From positions 132,990,001 to 133,054,000 of the forward strand of contig NC_042997.1 of the NCBI RefSeq assembly GCF_006345805.1: a stretch of DNA of 64,000 nt, in the 5' to 3' direction. Of this stretch, positions 53,896 through 64,000 are shown in pieces. The notes under the pieces were generated by a model. That model was not told where the DNA came from. It saw only the letters and a list, made by a program, of their open reading frames with translations, and did no database searches. Position numbers and translations under genes: made by a program. Numbering within the stretch: position 1 is the first letter of the stretch; every line of letters starts with the position of its first letter. The DNA is from Octopus sinensis. Its lineage: Eukaryota.

Positions 53896-54882
53896 TTAAT
53901 ACATACATACATATACATACATACATACATACATACATACATACATACATACATTCATGTGTGCGTGTGTGTGTATGTAAACGCACGGCGGGTTTCCTTA
54001 AGTTTCCCTCTACCAAATCTACTGAGAAGGGTTTCGTCGGTTTGAGATTATGGAAGATACTTACCCAAGTTGTCGTGAAGTGGCACTGAACACAACACCA
54101 CACGGTTGGGAAGCTAACTTCATAACCACACAATCACGTCTGCACCTATGACTTGAGAATAATTAACAGCAGCGCTCGTACGAACGTAATGGAAATAAAT
54201 TATGCTATTTCCAGTTAGATTCAGATGCTTCTCAAGTTTTTCGAAGTGTTTATTTATGCTTATGGATCTCAATTTCAGTAAAGCCAATTATTGCCGTATT
54301 GATTTGTTATTCAGAAATATTGATTTCATGTCCAGGTACTGCAACATCGATACTTTTACAAATCCCTTTTCAAAGTACAATTTAAATAACTGTCTAGTTG
54401 ATTATGATCTATCACCGTGTCACATTGGGTGGTGAGACCACAAACAACTCTGCTAACATATTTCTTAATTATACTCAGGAGATGAAATTTATACCATTTC
54501 TCCCGTCTTTTCTAATTCATGCATTCTAAATAATATCGAATGTACAAGCCGTAGAGCATTATCTTCCATCTTTTCCATTCCATTAGAGCTGGTTTTCGTT
54601 ATTCACTAATTAAATGAACAACAGTTCTCTCTAGACGCACACACACATACACGCATACACATACATGCATACACATACAGGCATACACATACACTTTCTT
54701 TCTCTCCATATTCTACAAAATGGTGATTCGCTATTCTTATCTTTATGGAACATGATTTAGTTTGTGCTCTCGGTCTTTTTCTTTCACCAGAGACCAGTCA
54801 TTTGCAGTCGGTCTGTGTGTCTCTGATCATCTTACACGTGACATCGATCTAAACAGTAAAGAATTTCTGGTATTCTTTTCTA

Positions 54883-56137
54883 TCGGGTCATCCCATAAGT
54901 TCTGTCCGATTTTACACTTTTAAAAAAAAATTGAATAAAATTTAATAGTATTTTAGAATGTCTAATGGAATTAAAAATTATCTTTATGCCTTTGTGTACG
55001 TTTAAACTAATTAAATATTATTCTACAGAATAATAGAATTAAAATGTCTTAACTCTTTCTGACATGGAAGTATCCAAAGGGCATTTGAGACACATAATGC
55101 TTTATGAGTACAAAAAAAGAAACTCTGCAGCCGAAGCGACTCGAAACATACACTCAGTTTATGGGAAAGAATGCTTGAATGAATGAACTTGCAGAAGATG
55201 GTTTGCAAAATTCAGAAGGGGAGATTTCAGTCTTGAAGAGGAAGATCGAACAGAACGTCCAGTTGAGTTTGATGATAAATTCCTTGAGGCATTACTTGAA
55301 GAAAATCCTGCATTATCAGTTGAAGAATTAGCAATAAAGCTTAGTTCAAACCATACAACTGTTTATTGTCCTCTTCAACAACCTGGAATGGTTCTTAAAC
55401 TTGAAAAATGGGTGCCTCGTGAATTGTCCGAAAGCAACCGCAAATACGGAGTTGACGCCTGCTCTTCTCTCCATTCTCGCGAACTCATTTCACACTTTTT
55501 GGATAGACTTGTGGCTGGTGACGAAAAACGGATCTTCTATTGAAATGTTAAACGTCGTAAACTGTGGCTTAGTAAAAGGAAAAAAGCACAACCACAATCG
55601 AGAAAAGAACTGCATGAAAAAAAGGTTCTTCTCTCTATCTGGTGGGATTGCAAAAGAGTAATTCACTTTGAATTGTTACCACCTAATGCAACAATCAATG
55701 CTCAAGTCTACTGTCAGCAATTAGAGCGTTTGAATCAAGCTTTGAAGAATAATCGAAAAGGAGTGATGTTTCATCGGGACAATGCGCGACCCCACACTGC
55801 AAAGATCACATCAGAGAAGATCGAAGAGCTTGGTTGGTAAAAAAATCCTCATCCACCTTATTCTCCTTCAGACTACCATTTGTTTCGTAGTTTACAGTAT
55901 CATTTAGGGTACATAACTTTTGCAAGCCAGGAGGAGGTCGAAACTGACATTTCAGAGTTCTTTGCTTTGAAACCAAAAGAGTTCTACATTGATGGAATTA
56001 AAATGCTTGTAAATAGATGGAAGGAAGTCATAGATAATCAGGGAAAGTACATTGACGATTAAATTTCAATTAAATATAACATTTGATCACTTGTTTTCTT
56101 TATTCAAAATTCGAACAGAACTTATGGGATTACCTGA
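54883..56137 (+). mobile_element. Defective full-length mariner
   Basis: TA|tcgggtcatcccataagttctgtcc / aacagaacttatgggattacctga|TA; ATG 55064 to TAA 56062 with WVPREL, AGDEK, HRDNARPH, HPPYSP-SDY; several stops, a frameshift and loss of DLAP. Confidence 0.94.
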
Positions 56138-56203
56138 TACAACAAATAACTGGTCATTTCATTTCGTTTTGTTCCAAACTCTCCATTTGTTCTCAATATG
56201 TCA

Positions 56204-56260
<57 letters not shown>

Positions 56261-56373
56261 GAATAATAAGAGTAGAAATTAATATTATTAAATAATACTA
56301 TTAAACAATATCAGTTCCAACTAGAGGTCAGCATACTTAAAAACGTCCGAGGGCCGTGAATTTTATTTAAACA

Positions 56374-56655
56374 TAAACAATATGAGAGATCACTGTATGG
56401 ATCCCCTGTATGCTAAAAATAGACGTCAAACCATCTTACCACTAAATTTGTGCTTTCAGCTTAGTAACACGCTAGATGTTTATGAGATACATAAATGAAA
56501 AGAAATGAAAAGTACTATGTTTATTGCTTTTCATTTGTATAGCTCGTAAACATCTAACGTGTTACTAAGTTAAGAACACAGATTTAGTGGTAAGACGGTT
56601 TGACGTCTATTTTTAGCATACAATGGATTCATATAGTGATCTTTCATATTGTTTA
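56374..56655. mobile_element. Palindromic MITE-like element (~130-bp arms)
   Basis: taaacaatatgagagatcac..tagacgtcaaacc..aatgaaaag mirrored by cttttcatt..ggtttgacgtcta..gtgatctttcatattgttta; TA ends; roughly 85-90% identity by eye. Confidence 0.8.
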
Positions 56656-56666
56656 TATTATTATTA

Positions 56667-56725
<59 letters not shown>

Positions 56726-56811
56726 TTACAAACATACGTATGTGTCTATACACACACACACAGGCAGATATATACTTATGTGCGTGTGTGTGTGTATTAT
56801 ATATATGAATA

Positions 56812-56843
<32 letters not shown>

Positions 56844-56844
56844 G

Positions 56845-57146
56845 ATTTGATTTGATCTAGTTTCAGTTCATGAGCTGTGGCCATGCTGTAGCACCGCCAT
56901 TTGGTGCTGCTACAGAATTTTACTTCACTTATACATTTTATAAATTGGCGTTTGATACAAAGGGAGTTTCATACCGAGTGCCCTCATCTGCACTTCCTGC
57001 AGTGAATTTGGTTCATCTAGAACACTCTACAGTAAGAGGTCAAGTCTCGTTTTGAAGGCACCTATACCCACCCCATGTAGGTCTCTTAGGTCCTTCGGGA
57101 GGATATTGAAGAGCTGTGGGCCTTTAAAGCCAAAGCTGTTGCAATA
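56845..57146 (-). mobile_element. CR1/L2-like LINE 3' end
   Basis: YCNSFGFKGPQLFNILPKDLRDLHGV..FKTRLDL, then tail ggcggtgctacagcatggccacagc..tgaaac. Confidence 0.85.
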
Positions 57147-57381
57147 TCATGTATGTATGTATGTATGTATGTATGTATGTATGTATGTATGTATGTATGT
57201 ATGTATGTATGCCATTATTCAATTTTATTTCAAGGTTTCTTGTCAATAGAGAAAAAACCGGTTTCTAAACTAGATCTAAGGCACCTTCATTGGAATTTCA
57301 AGATCAACAGGGTATTTTTGCATGGCTGTATATGTGCAGATTTGTATGTTTTGTTTTATACATGTATTCTCATGTACGTAC

Positions 57382-57412
<31 letters not shown>

Positions 57413-59944
57413 TGTATGTATGTATTTATGTATGTATGTATGTATCTAGGTATCTATGTATGAAGGCGGCGAGCTGGCAGAAACGTTAGCACGCCGGACG
57501 ATATAATCGACTTAATCCGTTTGTCTGTCCTTGTTTGTCCCTTCTGTGTTTAGCCCCTTGTAGGTAGTAAAGAAATAGGTATTTCGTCTGCTGCTACGTT
57601 CTGAGTTCAAATTCCGCCGATGTCGACTTTGCTTTTCATCCTTTCGGGGTCGATTAAATAAGTACCAGATGGCCAAACACAGAGAGGACAGGCACGGACA
57701 GACAAACGGATTAAGTCGATTATATCGACCCCAGTGCCTAACTGGTACTTAATTTATCGACCACGAAAGGATGAAAGGCAAAGTCGACCTCGGCGGAATT
57801 TGAACTCAGAACGTAACGGCAGACGAAATACCTATTTCTATTTCTTTACTACCAACAAGGGGCTAAACACAGAGAGGACAAGCAAGGACAGACAAACGGA
57901 TTAAGTCGATTATATCGACCCCAGTGCGTAACTGGTACTTTATTTATCAACCCCGAAAGGATGAAAGGCAAAGTCGACCTCGGCGGAATTTGAACTCAGA
58001 AAGTAACGGCAGACGAAATACGGCTATGCATTTCACCCGGCGCGCTAACGTTTCTGCCAGTTCGTCGGTGTGAGTCTATAGCAAAACTCATCTGTCCAAA
58101 GTGCCACGCAGTGGAACTTAAACCAAGACTATGTGCTTCTAAAGCGAGCTTCTCAACCACACCGCCATGCTGGTACCTATATAGATTCTTTTTTTTTCTT
58201 TTTACTTTTATCGAAGCCGTGGAGATTTAAAATGAAGTCGATTACAACTGTAGTAGAACTTAGAACATACAGCTTCACTGGTGTTTTTACCATTTCATTT
58301 GTTTCCTCAGAGAAAAAATTATATTGAGAACAGTGAAAACGTAATTTAGTTTACTGCGTAAGCAACAGATCAAAGTGCAACAGGCTAGATTTCATCACGT
58401 GCCAAGGGAAAATATTGAAGAAAGAGGCGAAAAGTCTATATTTTGATCGTATTATATAGATTTAGTTATCCCTCCACCGACTAACATGATACGTGTTACT
58501 ACTAAAACTAATAAACAGTGTCATTTCCTTGACTCGGTTCCGAGACTGATTCACAATAAATCGGTCTCAGAACCAACCATAAACTCTATTCTTGTTAGAA
58601 CTGACTAAAGTTAATTTAAGTAGGCAGACGAGAACGAATTTCTATCCTTGTTAAGATTAAGATCTGTTTCCACATGCACGCTAGATATCTGTTTCGAACG
58701 CACAAGTCTAGGTACCTCAAAGGGTATAGAAAATTTATAGCACTTTCTTGTGTACGTTGAATATCTGTTTCGGATAACATATGATATTGATCGGAAACTG
58801 AATATTTGATTACATGTGTATGGTCGAATTTTATTGGTCAGATGGCAATTGTTTTGCACACACTAATATATATCATTAACTGCTGTCATGAAATACTCTG
58901 CTTTGTCTGCCTTCGCAGTCTATTGTTTTTCTTTATTTCTGATATTGTTAGACATGGCTACGATTATGCGGCTTCCATATTTTTTTTTCTATTTTCCCCA
59001 CAAAATGTTAAAAAATTTGCTTTCTCCGTTTTCCTGTTCATTTTCTTTCGAGTGTTTATGTCTAGGAGGAATAGGTCACATTTTGTAATATAAGTTTTGA
59101 TCAAAAACATAACGGCTTCGTTCATAAGAGGTGGGACAAGTCATAGAGTGGCAACTATATTGATGCTATGGAAAAATTAAAACTTCAGTGGCTGGGAGTG
59201 TAGGACTAAGACAAAGATTCCATAGTGATATAGTTAGGAGCTGATATACGTTCTTATTGTATTATTTTTCAATCATTTTATCAAAGGAGGATGGGAAACC
59301 ACTCTTACCTCTTTCAGGGCTTCCTATATTAGTAGGTGGAAAGGAAGAAATTATCAGACTGCGTATGTTCGTGTGTGTGTGAATACATATATATATATAT
59401 ACACGCATATGCGTTTATGTGTATATGTACACACACACACACAAAAAAAAAAAAACATACAGTATATATCACTATAATGACGAACAGGAAGCCACACTAG
59501 TGGCTATTAGAATACTACTAGTAAAAATGACAAAGGGACATTAGTCGCATTGGATAGTAGTAATAACTTGAAGCATTTGGTTATTTTGTTTTGCTTTCTT
59601 TCGAACTTGATAAAAACGTCAGCTTGTGTACTACCTCAGTATGATTGCAGTTCAATAACTGAAACCAATAAAAGTGGTGAAGAAAAACAACATGATATAA
59701 TTGCTTCAATTTTCTTTTGCACAAAGCCTGCAACTATAGGGAGAGGGGTTGTCAATTACATCGACCTGGTGCTCAACTGGTACATATTTTATCGACTCCG
59801 AGAGGTTGAAACGCAAAGTTGACCTCAGTGGAACTTGAACTCAAAATGTAAAGATCTAGAAACGAATACTGCAAGGTATATTTTTCTTATCTTTTAACGA
59901 TTCAGCCACTCCACCGCTCCACAATGTAACGTAATGAAACGCAA

Positions 59945-60645
59945 TGTACTATACTACACTATGCTGTACCATACTATACTATATTAGGCTATACCAAACT
60001 ATACTATACTACACTATGCTATACCATATCATACTATAGTATGCTATGCTATGCTATACCATACCATACTATACTATGCTATGCTATACCATACTATACT
60101 ATACTATGCTATTGCTATGCTATACCTTACTATACTATACTACGCTATTCTATACAATACCGTACTATACTATGCTATGCTATACCATACTACACTATAC
60201 TATACTATGCTATACTATATCATACTATACTATGCTATATCACACCATACTATACTACACTATGTTATACTAATCGATACCATACTATATATACTATACT
60301 ATACTGTACTATAAGATACCCTACCATACTATACTATACTATGCTATACATTACCATACTATACTATGCTATACTATACTATATCATACTATACTATGCC
60401 ATGCTTTACCATACCATATTATACTATAATATTCTATGCTATACATTACCATACTATACTATGCTATACTATACTATATCATACTATACTATGCTATGCT
60501 ATACCATACCATACTATACTATACCATACTATACTATGCTATACTATACTATGCTATACCATACCCTACTATGCTATATTATGCTATGCTATGCTATACT
60601 ATACTGTACTATGCTATACCATACCATACTATACTATACTATGCT
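59945..60645. repeat. (ATACT/ATGCT/ATACC)n pentanucleotide satellite
   Basis: Directly visible; gives Tyr-rich pseudo-ORFs. Confidence 0.95.
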
Positions 60646-61189
60646 GCAGACAATGTTGAAAGTGTCCAATGTAAATAGACAGACTTCAAAGTCATTAGAC
60701 AAGTCTTTTAGTAGCGCAAGGAGCTAACAACAGGCTACATTTATCAGACATCGTATGAAAAATAAAAATAAAAAGAAAACAATGTCTTGAACGCTTAATT
60801 ACTACAGAAGAAAATCGAAATGAAGACGATTGTACAAAGACAGAGAGAAAAGATGATAGAGGATTTAACCCGATGGCTACAGAAAGACCGATCAAATAAC
60901 GTGCCAAGTTGTACGAGTGATGGTTATAGGAGGAGATGGTGGTCTATGATAGCTGACGCCTGGAGTCATGGCATGAAAAAAAAAGACTATAATGTAATAT
61001 AATGTGATATAATATTATATCACACCATATCAGGTTTTGAACCAAAGTATAATTTCAAGTCAACAGCTGCTTAAAGTGTATGTCACCTTATTAAATATCA
61101 GGATTAATTAATTTTAAATAAACCGAAGAAGGAATGGAATGGGAAAGAAGACGAAGAGAACGGGGAGCGAGAACAAAAATAGGACAAGA

Positions 61190-61221
61190 ATGAAAGCAGC
61201 AGCAGCAGCAGCAGTAGCAGC

Positions 61222-61261
<40 letters not shown>

Positions 61262-61414
61262 ATGGTGGTGGTGGTGGTAGTGGTGGTGGTGGTGGTGGTG
61301 GTGGTAGTGGTGGTGGTGGTGGTAGTAGTAGTAGTTGTAGTAGTAGTAGTAGTAGTAGTAGTGATGGTGGTGATGTTGGTAGTCGTAGTAGTGGTGATGG
61401 TGGTGGTGGTGGTT

Positions 61415-61453
<39 letters not shown>

Positions 61454-61572
61454 AAGGAGGACGACGATGAGAAGTAAAGGAGGTGGACGACGATGACGAC
61501 ATGACGTAGAAGAGGGGAGATGATGATGATGATGATGACGACGATGCTGCTGCTGCTGGTGATGACGGCGAC

Positions 61573-61609
<37 letters not shown>

Positions 61610-61630
61610 GCGACGATGGCGACGATGAGG
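61190..61630. repeat. Mixed (GCA/GTA/GTG/GAT)n trinucleotide tract
   Basis: Directly visible. Confidence 0.95.
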
Positions 61631-62221
61631 GGAGAAGGAGAAGCCACTTCAAATTCCGCTCAGTCTTTTTGTTCCTTCTTACCAGTAAAGACGAGCGCTG
61701 CCATTTTTCACTTGGTTGACCCAAGTGCTATAGACAGACACTGCTCGAACGCTTTAACGCCTATACTCTTTAATTATTTCTCTGTGTCGTGCATGTGTCT
61801 TTAATTAGAAATTCCCTTTAATCAAAATACCGCCTAAATCCTCCCTCTTGTAGAGTTATTTATGCGTGAGAATTACCGACAGTTGAGAAACACTTGAGTT
61901 CTGTTGAATTCGTACAAAACATGTGTTATGTCTGGCAGGGAAGTAAAACAAAAGTTGTTGACAAGATGGTATAAGTATTCACAACTTCAAAAAGTCTATA
62001 AATCTTTTGCTTACAAATAACTCTCTAATGGTCAAGCAAAAACACTCGATATATTACTACTGTTCCCCCCTCGTTCTTTCCCTTTTTCTTTCTTTCTTTC
62101 TTTTTTTCTTTCTTTCTTTCATTCTTTCTTTCTTTCTTTCTCTGCCTATATACAGATAATAATATGTAAGCAGAGAGAATATGTCTGTATATCTGGGTCT
62201 GCCTGTGTGTGCGTACGTAAA

Positions 62222-62343
<122 letters not shown>

Positions 62344-63061
62344 GGTATGTATGCATGTATATATATTCATATGTATATATATGTATGTATGTATATATAT
62401 ACATATGTAAATATATATGTATGTATTATATATATACATATATACGTGTGTTTGTGTATATATGTATATATATATTATATATACACACATATGAATATAT
62501 AAACATGTTTATATGTGTATGTATATACATAAATACATACATATATATATATATATACACATATGTAAACATATGCACACACACATGCACACACACACGC
62601 AGAGATAATATTGCTCTTTGGTATGAAACTTCACAAATACAAATGACTACTTTCATGTTTTTTAACCTCAGGTAAGTCTATTACGTATATGAGAATATGT
62701 GTGCATATGTATGTGTGCGTGTGTGTATGTGTATAAATTTATATGTATATATGTATACGTATATGTATACACGTCTGTATGTATGTGTGTGTGTGTGTGT
62801 ATGAACGAATACATTGATAAAATGAGTGAGAGAGAGATGCATGCATACATACACACGCTCGTACACACTCGTGTGTGCGCAACAATTTGCAAAGTGTGAA
62901 AAAAAACTCCTGATCCAATATAATGGACCTTCTTCGTTTATTCGATGCTATTTTCTTCCTTTTGCAGCTCTTCTGGGTTTCGTGCTCTCACTTTTGCGAC
63001 TGTGCTCCGTCACTGGTTCCTGCTACTTGGTTATAACCATACTGCAACATTGTAGCTTTAT

Positions 63062-63469
63062 CAGGGACATAGCTAGTGTGGGACTAGCAGGGCGCATACT
63101 CTGGACACCACTTTGAGTGGGGTGCAATTTTGGCCAAGATCTAATTTTCTAATTAAGCCATTTCTATGTGAGTTCCCACTTTTTGGTTGGAGCGGGGGTG
63201 CAATATTGGTCAAGATCATTTTCTAATTAAGCCATTTCTATGTGTGTTCCCACTTTTTGGTTGGAGCGGCGATGCAATTTTGGCCAAGATCATTTTCTAA
63301 TTAAGTCATTTCTATACGAGTTTCCAGTTTTTGGCGGGAGCGGCGATGCAATTTTGGCCAAGATAATTTTCTAATGAAGCCCTTTCTATACGAGTTTCCA
63401 GTTTTTGGCGGGAAGAGGGCGTAATTTTGATGCTTGCCCTGGGCACCATTTACCCTAGCTACGCCTCTG
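63062..63469. mobile_element. hAT-like MITE containing a 74-76-bp minisatellite (4 units)
   Basis: TIR cagggacatagctag / ctagctacgcctctg; 8-bp TSD agctttat vs agttttat; units start near 63124, 63200, 63274 and 63348. Confidence 0.8.
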
Positions 63470-64000
63470 AGTTTTATATAAAACAGAAAAATTCAAAACA
63501 GGAAAGAGAAACAAATATAATAATTATTTCTACTCTAGGCACAAGGCCTTGAAAATTTTAGTGGGAAGGGACCTAGACGATTACATCAACTCCAACGCGT
63601 AATTCATCGACCCCGAAAGGATGAAAGGCAAAGTAGGCCTGGGAAGAATTTGGACTCAGAATGTAGCGGCAGAAGAAATACTATTTCTTTACTACCCACA
63701 AGGGGCTAAACACAGAGGGGACAAACAAGGACAGACAAACGGATTAAGTCGATTATATCGACCCCAGGACGTAACTGGTACTTATTCAATCGACCCCGAA
63801 AGGATGAAAGGCAAAGTCGACCTCGGCGGAATTTGAACTCAGAACGCAACGGCCGACAAAATACCCATTTCTTTATTACCCACAAGGGGCTAAACATAGA
63901 AGGGACAAACAAGGACAGACATAGGTATTAAGTCGATTACATCGACCCCAGTGCGTAACTGGTACTTAATTTATCGACCCCGAAAGGATGAAAGGTAAAG

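Noticed and set aside
63124-64000. Regularly spaced repeats resembling a CRISPR array
   Set aside because: Units are fully repeated minisatellite or SINE bodies with no unique spacers, in a eukaryotic context with no cas genes.

Overview
Repeat-saturated, very AT-rich eukaryotic DNA with no recognisable host exon. The SINE families and microsatellite density suggest an octopod cephalopod; this is inference from recall, not a database check. Nearly all ORFs in the track are artefacts of (AT)n, (CATA)n or trinucleotide repeats. The supportable content is transposon-derived: a 5'-truncated but uninterrupted Penelope-like element (PLE; RT plus C-terminal GIY-YIG, ~35120-38840), a second decayed PLE fragment, CR1/L2-like and R4/Dong-like LINE fragments, a LINE ORF1/gag remnant, a Tc1 and a mariner, several MITEs with clear TIR/TSD, tRNA-derived SINEs and a 5S-derived SINE. 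The most striking unannotated signal is a set of type I hammerhead ribozyme motifs from about five distinct sequence families. Most have a palindromic helix III. They sit in PLE termini arranged as fold-backs and a tandem array, all embedded in (AT)n tracts.
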